Virus record (IMG/VR): IMGVR_UViG_3300035698_006183
Location: 24,797-88,796 of that record
DNA from: a virus
Reading direction: 5' to 3' (one strand)
DNA: 64,000 nucleotides
Below, piece after piece: positions 8,643-20,700 of this stretch. The notes under the pieces are model-generated. The model was not told the DNA's origin and ran no database searches. It was given only the letters and a program-made list of their open reading frames with translations. Position 1 is the first letter of the stretch. Every line of letters begins with the position of its first letter. The translations under genes and the position numbers were made by a program.

Positions 8643-11387
8643 ATGCCAGCAGATATCAGATATTCAGTCGTCCGAGGAGCCACAACATTAGGCCCCTTCA
8701 CCAATACCAGTGAGAATATTCTCCGTAAAGGAGATGTTATCAACCTGGAATGCCCGAACATTGACCAGACCAGTTACTACTGGGTTCTGTCCTACAAGCC
8801 AGTTTCCTCTGGTGGGACTGAATCTACAGCAGCTCTGACTTCGGCTAATACACGGACAACAAGTTTCACCGCGGACTTTGACGGAGCCTATTTGGTTCAG
8901 TTGACAGTTAACCAAGGTGTAGAAGGTGAAGACACCCAGTTTATACGTGTCAGAGGATTGACGAAGTTCGTTAATCTAAGCCTGATTGCTGCTGGGGAGC
9001 GTTACAACCAGGATGGTCCCGTTCCTGTGGATGCTACTTCCCAAGGTTGGTCAGATTTCCTGAACAATAACCTTCAGAAAGTTCTGGCCATCACTCGTAG
9101 AAATGCCACTACAGGCCGTCAGCTTTATGTTGATGCTAATAGGCCACGAGGTTGGGAAGGTGCAGGGACTGGGGACATCGATGATAACCCTGCTAATGAC
9201 CCGACCAAACATGTTCATTTCCCAGGGACTGACCAGACCACTACAACTACCGAAGCCCAGACGGGAATCAATATCCCGACGGAGGGTGTGGGTGATTTCA
9301 GCACTATCCAGGATGCTATAGATTACGCTGTAGCAATGGACCCAATACCTTCGTTGAATAACCCTGTGTGGGTTATCGTGAAGCCTGGTTTGTATGTAGA
9401 GGATATAACATTCCACTCCTACGTTCATGTCCTATCTGAAACATCTTTTACCGAACTTAGTGGTTCAGCATTGATAGTTGGGGATGCAGAGGTTTTTGCT
9501 GTGGTTCGGACGTATTCTGTTATAGTTCAGTCTGAAACTTCTGCGGGTCATTCTTGGGAAGCACCTCATATGCCCTCGTTCGACGAGTGGGCACAACTTC
9601 TGGCTTTTTGGGAAAATTTTCCAGTAATTCTATCTTCCGGTATTTCTTTTGAAAACTGGTTAGAGAGTCCCGCAGGTAGCCCTCAACCTATGTTGAGTTT
9701 GACAGGTACAGGTTTACTGCTCTCCAGTTCTGATTTCATTCAGATGGGGTCTACTGCAACACAGGAAGCAGGGTCCCCTATATCTGTTGTGAACCCACAA
9801 CATGGTGTTGGTGACATTACCCAGAGAGATTGGTTCTTACTTTATTTGAAGGACTGTTTCTTAGTTAAAGCTCCTGTACAAGCATATGATGATGAAGACC
9901 CTATCATTATGATGGATTCAGCAGGGGCCGTTCAACTCTTAGGGCTTGTTCAGCTTTTGAATGCTGAGGATTCTATCAGGATTCCTGATGAAGCCTCAAT
10001 AGATGATGGGACAGGATTAGGCCCTAAAGCCGGAGATTGCTCTATCTCGGTAATTGGCAATTATGTGACTGGTGGGGAACTGGATGGTTCAACTTTTCTT
10101 AGAGGTGTTCCTGAAAGTTTGTCCATCAGTGATTCAAAGCTGGATATGGACATTATCTTTGATTCTGACATAGCAACCCCAAACATCAACTATGAACCTA
10201 CGGTTTATATTGGTGGTAATTCCAGTTTTGGTGGAAATCTTATCATCAATGATAGTATCTTTGACCCCATCGAGAGTGATGGGGCTGACATAGAAATAGG
10301 AGTAGTGGAAACTTCGGGTACTTACGAAGATAGTGATTACCGGCACCCTGTAGTGTTGACAGCAGCACCAGGGTTGGTGAAAACTTCTATCCGACCTCGG
10401 CATGGGGCATCTTATGGGATGCAGTATGATACTAGATATATCTCTCCTGCCTCTGGTCCCGCAGGTGACCCTGTATTATTCCATGAACAACAGTGGTGGC
10501 AATACGACCGACCATCATTCCAGAACTTTGCCGATATGATGCTCCAGTTATCATTGCCAATAGCTCCACCTAATCCAGGTGACCCTGATTATATAGACGA
10601 ACGCTCGTTCACTCCCACATTGGGATCGATGTATAAGGGTATCTTGAATTTAGGGGATGCAAGTTCAGCCCCTAGTGCTGGTGAAGGTTTCGGGCGGGCT
10701 ATTGATGTTGAGCTTCGAACATTTGGAACTTTAGAAGGATATTACCTCCCAGTTCAGATTCGACCTCCTGATGACTCTCCAACCGAAGGTTTTATAACTG
10801 ACCGTCGGTTACTTCGATTTGGGACAGGTAATGAAGATGCTGGTGGGACTTATGTCGATGTTGGTTGTGAAGCAAACGGAACCCTGAAAGTTTACGGTGA
10901 CGTTGAAGCTGACAATATTGGTCCTGCTCCTGCTGCTACTAGAGCAACGGAATTTGCTGAATGTATAGCTGATGCAACTCTCTGGCCTGGTGATTTAGGA
11001 TTCCCCGGCTCTCAAACTGTTATTGGTGGTCAAGACTATGATGTGGCTGCTGACACTTTGGTTTACGGTGTTCTCTGGGAACCTGGGGATAATTCTCCCC
11101 ACATTTACCTCCCTCGTTCCAGAACTGCTGGTGGTATTCCTGACCAATGGCCGAAAGAAGGTCAGATTGTTACAGTGAAAGACATCTCGGGTACTGTTGC
11201 AACAGGTGGTGGTGGAGGTCAACCTATTACAATCACGACCTCTCACCAAGTTGGTGTTATAACTGATGCCTTATTTGAAAGTGGTCCTGGAGATTACGTT
11301 ATGACCACTGCTGATTTTGAATCGGCAACTTTTGTTTACCATTATCGATCATCAACAGATATCGGTTACTGGTATAAGATAGACTGA
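8643..11387 (+). CDS. Tail fibre/spike-like protein (Ig/PKD-like N-terminus, beta-helix cap, fibre-type C-terminal domain)
   Basis: YYWVL..KP...SFTADFDGAYLVQLTV; GDFSTIQDAIDYA..IVKPGLYVEDI; C-terminal IYLP..GQIVTVKD..ATFVY..WY. Confidence 0.6.
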   Translation: MPADIRYSVVRGATTLGPFTNTSENILRKGDVINLECPNIDQTSYYWVLSYKPVSSGGTESTAALTSANTRTTSFTADFDGAYLVQLTVNQGVEGEDTQFIRVRGLTKFVNLSLIAAGERYNQDGPVPVDATSQGWSDFLNNNLQKVLAITRRNATTGRQLYVDANRPRGWEGAGTGDIDDNPANDPTKHVHFPGTDQTTTTTEAQTGINIPTEGVGDFSTIQDAIDYAVAMDPIPSLNNPVWVIVKPGLYVEDITFHSYVHVLSETSFTELSGSALIVGDAEVFAVVRTYSVIVQSETSAGHSWEAPHMPSFDEWAQLLAFWENFPVILSSGISFENWLESPAGSPQPMLSLTGTGLLLSSSDFIQMGSTATQEAGSPISVVNPQHGVGDITQRDWFLLYLKDCFLVKAPVQAYDDEDPIIMMDSAGAVQLLGLVQLLNAEDSIRIPDEASIDDGTGLGPKAGDCSISVIGNYVTGGELDGSTFLRGVPESLSISDSKLDMDIIFDSDIATPNINYEPTVYIGGNSSFGGNLIINDSIFDPIESDGADIEIGVVETSGTYEDSDYRHPVVLTAAPGLVKTSIRPRHGASYGMQYDTRYISPASGPAGDPVLFHEQQWWQYDRPSFQNFADMMLQLSLPIAPPNPGDPDYIDERSFTPTLGSMYKGILNLGDASSAPSAGEGFGRAIDVELRTFGTLEGYYLPVQIRPPDDSPTEGFITDRRLLRFGTGNEDAGGTYVDVGCEANGTLKVYGDVEADNIGPAPAATRATEFAECIADATLWPGDLGFPGSQTVIGGQDYDVAADTLVYGVLWEPGDNSPHIYLPRSRTAGGIPDQWPKEGQIVTVKDISGTVATGGGGGQPITITTSHQVGVITDALFESGPGDYVMTTADFESATFVYHYRSSTDIGYWYKID

Positions 11388-11398
11388 GACGGTGATGA

Positions 11399-14300
11399 AT
11401 GACCGACCAGAACAACAGAACCGACCCGACGGAGAACTTTCGTACAAGTTCCTTCGGGTTTGGACCATTTCCACCACCAGGGTACGTTGGAGTATTAGCA
11501 GCATCCCCATATCCTGATTACGCCGGTTTCGGTGGCGTTGCTTGGGCTACACTTCCAATTTCAGACCCTGCACCAATTGGTGGAGCTTATGGTTTATCCC
11601 CTTACGGGGGAGTCGTACACCCTCCTGCTCCGACCCCTCTCCCTGCATTACCTAACCCAGGTGGTAGTGGGGCTTCTGGTGGAGTTGGCTTCGGTGGTGA
11701 CCCTTTCGGTTTATCTCCTTTCGGTGTTGGTGGAGGTGCAGGCGGAGGAAGTACAGCAGTATCAGGAGCTCTGAGCCTGAATGGTTATGAGATTGAAATC
11801 TTCTTCACTAATCCTATAAACACTAGTGACCCAGCACTTTATCAAGTGGCCTCTTACAATTTAACTGCTCTCTTAGGAGCAGCTCCAGCCACCGTGTTAA
11901 GTGTACGTTCCGAAACTCTGGGGTTGGAAGCAGCTTCCAGTGTCTCATCAGTTATTATTACCCACACAGGAACAACCTTGGGTGGCTCGTACCGAGTCCA
12001 TGTGAGTGGCCCTGGTGGTATCATAAATGATTCTGTAGATATCCTGACGAAGGGTGATGCACCAACTTATACTGTCAGTGTCCTGGGCGGTGAAGATTTA
12101 GTTCTTACATTCTCTGACCCCATGTTAGAGGACACTGGAGCTTCTGTAGGGAATTCTGGGATTACAGACCCAGCTTCTTACGAGTTCTCATCAGAACCCG
12201 ATTACCCAATTACATTGACCCCACTTGAAATCACTCATCCTTATGAGAGTGACCTTCACAAAGTTCAGATGACCGTCAAAGGTATGACATCGTTACAATA
12301 TACTTGTAACATCACACCATCTGAGGCATTTGATTACGAGGCATTAGTTCTACCAGATGTTGACCCAACACTAACCGGTGTAGAGATTAACCCTGACCAG
12401 GGAGAGTCCTACGTTGACGGTGGGTATCTCTGGATGTCCAAGCTACGTTTCCGTGTTTACGGTTGGAAGTTCCTCGATGACAGTGGTCGAGTAGTTCCAG
12501 ATGTGACGACGTTCCGAGGCAGCCTGACCTTTGATGCTGCTTCAGCCACGTACAACCCACCTCTGAATGCTTTCACGAGCCTGACGGTTGCTTCCCTCAT
12601 CTTTGAGGATGGTCCCGCAGGAACTGGTGTTCGAGTCAAAGTTGGACTGACTCGACAGACAGGTATAGATTATCTCAGAGTTCAGTGTGGAACCTTCGAC
12701 TCATCAGTTCAACAGACATGGACTTCTGGTGAGAATGCTATTGCTCTGGTACGAAACCTGAAAGCTGGGACATATTCTGTCCTGTTGAATGGCCTGCCTG
12801 TGCTCACAGCCTTGATTGCTGACTTTGATGGAGTATCTGAAGGAACAGGAGCTGGGATTTCATGTGTCTTGGTAGCCGACGGGTTTGATGTGTCTGGTTT
12901 CAAGGTACAGGAAACAACCTTCTCAGCTACCAGCACGGTGTACTCAGGTTCATGGAACTTCTTGCACGATACCGAGAGTACCCCATTTACAGGCTCAGAT
13001 GCTCTGACTCGTGACCACATCATGACTCAACGTGGCCCAGTCGTAAAAGGTTGGGGTGATGCAACTCCAGCTACCAAACAGGATGTTGAAGTCCTAATTG
13101 CTGGTACGGCTGTGGGAGTTAAGGATGTGAATCCCTACATCGGTGAGATTTGGCCGACGTATCCGATTCCATTGCTACCTTATGATGACCCCCAAGCTGA
13201 TGTGAAGCTCAACTATTACTGGATGGCTTCTCCTATTATGGAGATGGCTGGACTGAATACTCCTGGCTTGGTCTTGAACCAATGGGACAGGCAGGATGGA
13301 CATACAAGCCCTGCAGCTCATGGGCAACCACCAACTCACCCGTCACACATTGACACTCAGCCTGCTCAGGTTATCCCATTTGAGGATGATGAGGTTGCAA
13401 TCAGGTTCCCAATGGGAACAGTATTGGGACCGATGGACCGACCGAAGCCTTTACAGATTGGCCATCGATACATGGGTTTCGAGAAAGAAACCTCTGCTCT
13501 CCTGAATGACCCGACGAGCCTGCTGTTGAATCAGAATCCTTATGCCACTGCCGTAGATGATTTCGAGCGGGAGATGACAGGGGAGTCCATTGCTTACGAG
13601 GGTACGGAAACACCTCTCGTAGCATCCCCAGCCTGGCTGTTAGAAGGTCAAGATGCTGGATGGGTAGATGTTGGTGAGGGGACTTACACTCTGATTGATG
13701 CTCTGCCTGCTGAATTTGAACCAGACCTCCGAACTGTGACCATGTATCATCGGGAAGTGGATTTGACATTCCCCGCAGCTACTACCTTGGCCACTCGGTT
13801 CATCGTTGAGGATTACACTCTGGAAGGAGTGTTCACGGGCGTAGGCTTCGGAATCCATGACAATGACCATTTGTACCAAGTTGGCCTGTTAGTTATCAAT
13901 AATATCCGACACTTAGGGATGCTCATTGACCCGAAGAAACCAGAGTATAGAGAATCCTGGCACCTCGGACCGACAGCAGCTTCTTCCGTTCTGAACTCTA
14001 AGGCCATCAGCATTGTGTCTGATTTGGTTCCTATAGATTTTCAATCTGGGATGCAGTTCCAGATATTTGACCATGCTCAAGCTGGTGTTTATACTGCTAC
14101 CTCGGTCATCCATCAGTGTGATGGCTCCACGACAGTTACCATTGCAGAAGAATTTCCAGCAGACCCAACCATGTGGAAGCAGGATAATCCAGAGGTCGTG
14201 TTCGAAGTACGTTGGGACGAACATCCTCTAACCTATCGTTTCGTAGCAGACCTGGATAATGAGGCTGCTTCTTTAGAGATAGCTGGTGAGATTTCAGCTA

Positions 14301-17044
14301 CTGTCTTCCAACTGGACGGCAGTGTGAATCCGTGGCCTGTACCCTCAGAATCTGCATTAGTGCTAGATACGTCGGGCAAAGGGCAAGTTTTCTGGGGTTC
14401 CTTGAGTTATTTGGCAGCAAATCGTACCAAGTGGTCATTTTTCCGTTATGATGTGGTTCCTGATTTCACTGCTCTGAATGTTCCGACTATCGTTGTGCAG
14501 ACAGAGATGGACGTTCTTCCCCAGGATACCCTGGAGAAACCGTGGTTTACTACCCAGTCTTTCGGGACGGGGATGATTGACCAGACAGGAGATGCCCTTC
14601 TTCTGAAATCTGCGGTGGCCAGTGACACATTAGATTATACTTTCGGGTACTCCCGTATTGAACCGTTTGTGAATGAAGATGCTGGGGTTGACATCCGAGC
14701 AGAGTTCCGAGTAGATTCTGGAATCTTGGGAGCTGGTGATGCTGAAGTTGTCATCAACAATGGCACTAAGGAAGTTCGACTGGCAACCATTCTGTATGCC
14801 GAAGGCTATCCTGGATTGGAATACCGTCGGCTTTTTACTATCCCCTCTGTTTCAATGTCAGGGATTCAAGACCCCGACCAGCAGGGATGGTCAATTATAT
14901 CCGGCTCTAACGGCTCAGACCTTCGACATGAGTACGACCTGATTGTTACCCAAGGAGCTGGCCAAACACAGCGGTATCGAGCCTCTGTGGACACTTCCAG
15001 CTTTACCGTGGACTCAGGCTACCGTATTGCCGAAGCTCAGCTTGGAGTGGATGCTTACACGACAGATGCTAACGGAAACACTGGAATCGTGTTCCAGGCT
15101 GACATTGGCCCGAACAGATGGTTTGGTGCTAGACTGAACGATGATGGGACTCCCAAAATCCAGTTGGTTGACCAGGTAGATTCTGTTATTCATGAGTATG
15201 AGTTCGACTGGACGGATGGGGAAACTCACACGTACCGAATCGTCGGTGCTCTTGGTGTCCTCTCTGTGTTTGTGGATGATGTTCTCATGACCCCGACACT
15301 GAACATTGATTTGTTCTTGGGTGGGGCAGGCACAGATACTTTCCTGTTTGGTGCAACAAACCTCATCACAGGTGTGGCCAATACAACATTATCAAGTACT
15401 GTTCGATGGCGTACTGTTTCATATCACCCCACAGCAGCCCCTCAGTGCCTTCGTACCGTAGGTATTTGGAAGGGTGGGGACAAAGACCATATCAACTCCT
15501 GGGAACTCCCTAGAACGGATAGCTCAACAGCTCCGAACTCTAGTCATGTCGGCCCAGAGATTACCGTGATGGACTGGCGACAGAGCATGGAAGTCCGTCT
15601 TCTCCTGAAGGCTGACTTCGGTGTGACACTGTATCGTCCTGATTTGCCATTACCTCCTTATTACCAGGCAGAATCTGATGTTGTAGGGACAGGATTCATC
15701 AACCAGACGAACGAACCCTCAGCAGGCTGGGTGAATGTTGAATATTCTCAACTGCCTCATGTCTCCTCGATGTTCGGTTTCGTTGGGTTCGGGTCTTTTG
15801 ATTCCCGTTCCATAACCCAGCAACGATGGGATTGGGTCAGGTATCGTATTTTCAAAGCCCTGACTGAAGATTATATTGCTCCTCAGCACATGGTTCTCAA
15901 TCAGTACAACGTCATCACGAGCGGTGAGCGGACCAGGGACATTACTCTGGAGAATGTCGTCGTCCAAACCATTGATAATCGTCGAGTATCTCTGCTTCCT
16001 ACTCATCTGTATGCCGAGGATATCTACAAAATCGTGGATGGTGACACCATTTACACCAGGGAATCCTGGACATTTGACTCAGATTCCCAGCTCATTACCT
16101 TGGGGCAGGATGCCAACTACGACGATTTGCATTTCTCTGGTGACCATGTGCCGGTCAACATTATCTTCCAGCCAGGTAAACCAGTTACAAACACCTATCT
16201 CGAAAACCAGCCTCTGGCTGACAGCGTGACCAAGTTGAATGAGGGGACACCCCCGATTCCATTGAGCCAAGCTAACGGGATTGATAAAGTAATCACAACT
16301 AATGCAGCAGATACTGGTGATTATAGAACCCTCGACCACGAAGTTGATGCCGAGACCTTGTACGAATCTATGGAATTCATGGAAGTTTCAAATGGTGGCC
16401 GTCGTGGTTTGATAGCAATTGCTGGAGAAGGAACTCTCCCCGAAGGATTCTCGGGATACTCTGAAACAGAAGGAAAAGCAGTTGGTGCTCATGTTTTAGA
16501 TTTCCGTGGGACTAAATTCTGGGAAGGAGCACAATTCCCGAAACCTGAAGCCTTTGAACAAGGCGGTGGCCTCCCAGGAACAACCTTGTTCTGTAGTGGT
16601 GGTAATTATGTTGGCCCCGTTGCCGTGAGTGGAGGAACTCCTTCTATTGGAGCCCCTGAAACTTGGAAAGCTGGCTTGATGGCACCTTTGGGCGGTGTTC
16701 TTGGTCCGGACCCAGAAATGGCAATTCTCCATCCAACGTATTGCTCAGGTGATGTAGTTCGTGGAAATGATGGAGGGAAAATCAATCGGAGCACCGAATG
16801 GTATTTGCGTATTGGTTATCCTGTTGTCTATCCTGAAGGAGCAGCTTCATATATTTCCACAGACACCCCACTGACTGAGGATATGAACTGGGGGTTAGTA
16901 GATAACATCCCTCCGAGTGAACCTGCTGGGATAGAACCTAATCCAGATGGTACTCCTAACCCTGATAGTTTAGGAGCCTGTTATGTGAAAATGTGGTGGG
17001 CTTCAAGTGGGGTTGTGATACTTGAGGGTACTATCTATGGTTAA
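11399..17044 (+). CDS. Giant virion structural protein (1881 aa) with Gly/Pro-rich N-terminus and Ig/lectin-like beta domains
   Basis: Long beta-rich acidic ORF in the baseplate module; YGLSPYGG / FGLSPFG repeats. Confidence 0.6.
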   Translation: MTDQNNRTDPTENFRTSSFGFGPFPPPGYVGVLAASPYPDYAGFGGVAWATLPISDPAPIGGAYGLSPYGGVVHPPAPTPLPALPNPGGSGASGGVGFGGDPFGLSPFGVGGGAGGGSTAVSGALSLNGYEIEIFFTNPINTSDPALYQVASYNLTALLGAAPATVLSVRSETLGLEAASSVSSVIITHTGTTLGGSYRVHVSGPGGIINDSVDILTKGDAPTYTVSVLGGEDLVLTFSDPMLEDTGASVGNSGITDPASYEFSSEPDYPITLTPLEITHPYESDLHKVQMTVKGMTSLQYTCNITPSEAFDYEALVLPDVDPTLTGVEINPDQGESYVDGGYLWMSKLRFRVYGWKFLDDSGRVVPDVTTFRGSLTFDAASATYNPPLNAFTSLTVASLIFEDGPAGTGVRVKVGLTRQTGIDYLRVQCGTFDSSVQQTWTSGENAIALVRNLKAGTYSVLLNGLPVLTALIADFDGVSEGTGAGISCVLVADGFDVSGFKVQETTFSATSTVYSGSWNFLHDTESTPFTGSDALTRDHIMTQRGPVVKGWGDATPATKQDVEVLIAGTAVGVKDVNPYIGEIWPTYPIPLLPYDDPQADVKLNYYWMASPIMEMAGLNTPGLVLNQWDRQDGHTSPAAHGQPPTHPSHIDTQPAQVIPFEDDEVAIRFPMGTVLGPMDRPKPLQIGHRYMGFEKETSALLNDPTSLLLNQNPYATAVDDFEREMTGESIAYEGTETPLVASPAWLLEGQDAGWVDVGEGTYTLIDALPAEFEPDLRTVTMYHREVDLTFPAATTLATRFIVEDYTLEGVFTGVGFGIHDNDHLYQVGLLVINNIRHLGMLIDPKKPEYRESWHLGPTAASSVLNSKAISIVSDLVPIDFQSGMQFQIFDHAQAGVYTATSVIHQCDGSTTVTIAEEFPADPTMWKQDNPEVVFEVRWDEHPLTYRFVADLDNEAASLEIAGEISATVFQLDGSVNPWPVPSESALVLDTSGKGQVFWGSLSYLAANRTKWSFFRYDVVPDFTALNVPTIVVQTEMDVLPQDTLEKPWFTTQSFGTGMIDQTGDALLLKSAVASDTLDYTFGYSRIEPFVNEDAGVDIRAEFRVDSGILGAGDAEVVINNGTKEVRLATILYAEGYPGLEYRRLFTIPSVSMSGIQDPDQQGWSIISGSNGSDLRHEYDLIVTQGAGQTQRYRASVDTSSFTVDSGYRIAEAQLGVDAYTTDANGNTGIVFQADIGPNRWFGARLNDDGTPKIQLVDQVDSVIHEYEFDWTDGETHTYRIVGALGVLSVFVDDVLMTPTLNIDLFLGGAGTDTFLFGATNLITGVANTTLSSTVRWRTVSYHPTAAPQCLRTVGIWKGGDKDHINSWELPRTDSSTAPNSSHVGPEITVMDWRQSMEVRLLLKADFGVTLYRPDLPLPPYYQAESDVVGTGFINQTNEPSAGWVNVEYSQLPHVSSMFGFVGFGSFDSRSITQQRWDWVRYRIFKALTEDYIAPQHMVLNQYNVITSGERTRDITLENVVVQTIDNRRVSLLPTHLYAEDIYKIVDGDTIYTRESWTFDSDSQLITLGQDANYDDLHFSGDHVPVNIIFQPGKPVTNTYLENQPLADSVTKLNEGTPPIPLSQANGIDKVITTNAADTGDYRTLDHEVDAETLYESMEFMEVSNGGRRGLIAIAGEGTLPEGFSGYSETEGKAVGAHVLDFRGTKFWEGAQFPKPEAFEQGGGLPGTTLFCSGGNYVGPVAVSGGTPSIGAPETWKAGLMAPLGGVLGPDPEMAILHPTYCSGDVVRGNDGGKINRSTEWYLRIGYPVVYPEGAASYISTDTPLTEDMNWGLVDNIPPSEPAGIEPNPDGTPNPDSLGACYVKMWWASSGVVILEGTIYG

Positions 17045-17062
17045 GAACGAGAACAAACACAC

Positions 17063-17078
17063 GATAATATGGTTATTA
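17063..17078 (+). promoter_or_regulatory. Putative late promoter variant GAT-N8-TATTA
   Basis: cGATaatatggtTATTA upstream of the AGGAG RBS of the 17102 gene. Confidence 0.3.
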
Positions 17079-17101
17079 AAAGCCTTGTTAGGAGAACACT
17101 T

Positions 17102-17761
17102 ATGTTGCATAAAGAACAGATGAATAAAAACACTCAGGCAATGAAATCCATGATGCAATCTCACTACGAGGAAGCAACTCGGCTTATGAGTATGGCCAAA
17201 GGGTCTTTCCACTTGAAAATGTGGGATGCCAAGACAGGTGAAATTCTAGCTGAATGGGAAAAACCTAATGTTTTGACATTAGATTCAGGTATCCTTGCAG
17301 CTCGGTTATTCAAAAACAGTCAAGACCCTTTTGCAGGGGTGAATAATGGAATCAACATGTTGGCCATTGGGACTGGAGCTACGGGTAATATTCTGAACCC
17401 TGATGCTCCACAGCAAGAACAACGTAGGCTTAATAACGAAATCCAACGGAAAGCATTCTCGTCATCTCAATTCAGGACGACTGAGGGTGTGGCTGTAGCT
17501 TACCCGACAAACATTGTTGATTTCACCACGGTTTACGGTGAGGCTGAGGCAGTTGGGCCATTGAACGAGATGGCTTTAATGCACACTTACTCTCAGAACC
17601 CTGCCACAAAGAATTTAATTCCGGCTGAGTATGAGGGTGTAAACTATGACCCTTCATTCGATGTCACCAATTATGACATGATGGGTAACTACTTGACATT
17701 CAGTGTGATTTCGAAGCCATCAACGGCCATCTTGTCGATAACGTGGCGGTTGACATTTTGA
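17102..17761 (+). CDS. Tail-collar/fibre-attachment baseplate protein (DUF3751-like)
   Basis: LAIGTG...RLNNEIQRK...FTTVYGEAEAVGPLNEMAL...ISKPSTAILSITWRLTF pattern. Start at ATG 17102 after AGGAG. Confidence 0.65.
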   Translation: MLHKEQMNKNTQAMKSMMQSHYEEATRLMSMAKGSFHLKMWDAKTGEILAEWEKPNVLTLDSGILAARLFKNSQDPFAGVNNGINMLAIGTGATGNILNPDAPQQEQRRLNNEIQRKAFSSSQFRTTEGVAVAYPTNIVDFTTVYGEAEAVGPLNEMALMHTYSQNPATKNLIPAEYEGVNYDPSFDVTNYDMMGNYLTFSVISKPSTAILSITWRLTF

Positions 17762-17797
17762 TTTGCCATGTAAATAACAACCGACAGAAGGTGAGAT

Positions 17798-20700
17798 ATG
17801 GCGACCAAAGACTATAAAAAGAATTATTCTGGGATTCAAGAGGCTGGGAGTTCTGTTCCTGTTCCTAATGAGGTTTCTCGGGATTTAAGTGCTGGTGACA
17901 AAGCCTTTGAATCAATCATCTGGGAAACGGGTAAACCCGTTCTGGATTCTGAACTTGCAGTCCATCAGGACGCAATCAAATGGGAAAACCGATTGTATCG
18001 GGGACAACATTTGAATTCAGGTTGGTTCAGGGGGATTTCACGAGTTGATGGGTACGACGATTACGGAACTGAAACAGATTCCGTAGTTGTGGATAACTCA
18101 GATGCCGACTTGATTGACGGTGACATCCTGGTGAACTCTTTCGTGATGAATAAGATGACGGCTCTGGTAGCCGGACGTACTGTAGTGATCGAATATACGA
18201 ACACCGAAACTCCAAACCGAAACTTGATTCAATTACCAGAACCTCCTATTTTTGCTCCAGACACACCTCAGAAGACCGACTTTGTTTGGCTTGAAGTCTG
18301 GTTGGCCTTGGTAGCCCCGAGTCCTCGTGCAGCAGGAGCTGTTCAAGTGGCCAGTATTCCTTCAGTAGGAGATACTATCACCATCAATAGTGTCGCTCTG
18401 GCTGGTGTTGCTGCTGCTCCCGTAGCAGGAGAGTTCCTCATCGGTGCAGATGAAGAAACCACAGCCGTCAATATTGTGGCAGCTATCAACGACCCTTTAA
18501 ATGCAACGTCAAGTTACGTTGTAGCCCGAGTAAATGTAAACTTTGTCGTCATCGAGTCCATAGTGGCTGGTGAAGGCCAAGGTGCTGTAGTTCCTTATAC
18601 TGGTAATTTCATTACCTTAGCTTCTACTGCTCCTGCTTTAGTAGCTTCAGGGATGACATTGCAAGACGGCCAAGATAGGCCAAACAAACCAGAAGAAGAC
18701 CAAAGCAAGTTGTTCAGACATGGGAACGTACAATCTCCTGAGAACACCTGGCTTGATGATGAAATTATAGACCCCGTAGTGAATTCGGAATCCTCTCAAC
18801 GTGTTCAATTACAATATCGTTTCCGATACACGGACTCTGAGGCAATCAATTACAAGACTCACCCTGATGGGTTCTCAAATTCAACGGCAGGAGCTGGTGC
18901 TCCCTTAGTTATTGCCCAAGGTGCTCGACAAACTCCAGCTTTGAATGTAGACGGCACTCGAACATATCCGTTCGTCCCAGCCGACACTGAATCTACCTGG
19001 CTGGAGTCTAGTGCTATTGCCTATGCTCTTAAAGATAATGGCTTGTGGGTTGCAGGCTCTGGTGATGACCAGTCTGTAAAAGACCTCGGAACCATTGATG
19101 GCTATGTATATGCAATTCCTCTATGTTTTGTATTCCGTCACAGTAACGTATCGTTCACTGGGATGCCTTTCGGGTTTGACCCATTAAACAATGCCAATGG
19201 TGCTCCGATGCACGACCACAGTGGCTATGACGGCCCTCTGGGAGCAATCCCTGCTGACCATTCTGACCGTCCTGACGGTGAGTTTGCCGATGTAGTGACT
19301 CTGGATAACATGCTGGACTTGAGAAGGTCCATTGTTTCTCCAGGGATTAGCCTGACGAGTGAGCTTCAATACCAAATGCAATCCCTTCTTGATGCCAATA
19401 ATCAGACATGGGCTGTAAGTTCTCATGACAAACATGGTTATGGTGGCAGTGTGAACGGAGATGTTTCGACTCGGTTCCTTATCTGTAATGCCATTGGGAG
19501 AGACACAGTGGCAGATGGAATGCACATTCGTGATTTTGATCATGTAGCCCGACGATTCGGAAGTAACCCTGTTGTCGAGCGTGTTGTGTATGCTTTCTGG
19601 CCAGGTGATAGAGAAACGGCTGGAGAAGTAGCCCCAGGTCTTGTGAATTCTGGTAAATATATTGATAAATCAATAGGTTCCACAGGTGGTGTTTGGACAG
19701 AGACAGATGTTCTTCATCTTGATTTGGCTGAGCTGGACACTCATGGATTAGGTTCTCTATTCCAAGGGGGCACTAACGGATTATCTTTACCTGGAACACC
19801 TCAACCTTTTATTGATAAAGCACCTCCAGGTACAACCATAACAGATGTACTGTCCATCTATCATGATGATGGCCATTATGACAACGACACAGACCATCAG
19901 GAAGTCGAGGCTTCCTTAATCAAGGGATTGGGGACAGGTCATCTTGAAATCACTCTGGATGCCAATGGGACACTCGTAACGGGTGGTCTTGATACAGCTC
20001 CTGGTGGTGAGTACCCGATGGTAGATAGTGCAACACCTCCGGCTGACGGTTCGATGCGGAGAATATTCGTTGAGGTTGAAATCAGCTACCCGATAGGTGA
20101 CGATGCTTATCATGGCCTGACAGACACTCCTTTGTTGGATTTGGCTGAACCTGATGCAATAGTGTATGACGGAACTTTGATAAATCCTGTGGTAGGTGAA
20201 GATTACTTAGCTGGCCCAGGAAGTGCTGTAGCCGTAGATGAAGACCAATCACCTGGGGACATGGCTTCAAAAAACCCTCCAGCTTTCAGAGAAGGTTTCC
20301 GAGAGGTTCGTTTGGACTATGTGACGGACTCAACACAATCAGAATTACTCCCTAACCCAGACCCTGTGACCGATGGTACAAGTATTGGCCCATTATGGGG
20401 ACTTGTTAGCCGAGGACCCGAAGAAATCCGAACACCTCGCCGTCTGTACGGCATACCATTTAGTGCTGGTGGTGGATTCCCAGTGATTGAAGATGTCCCT
20501 GCTGCTGTTGCAGTAGACCCAGACTTTGACCTGACAGAATATGGTAGTAGCTCTCGTAAAATCGTCATGGATGATGTTCTCTCAGGAGCTGGTAAAACAC
20601 TTTGCAATGTCACGTATGAACCTCAAGACCCCATTCCTAACTACGGGGATAGTGGTTATACTGTGATGGTTTATTATAGAGCAGCAGCTCCACAGACTGC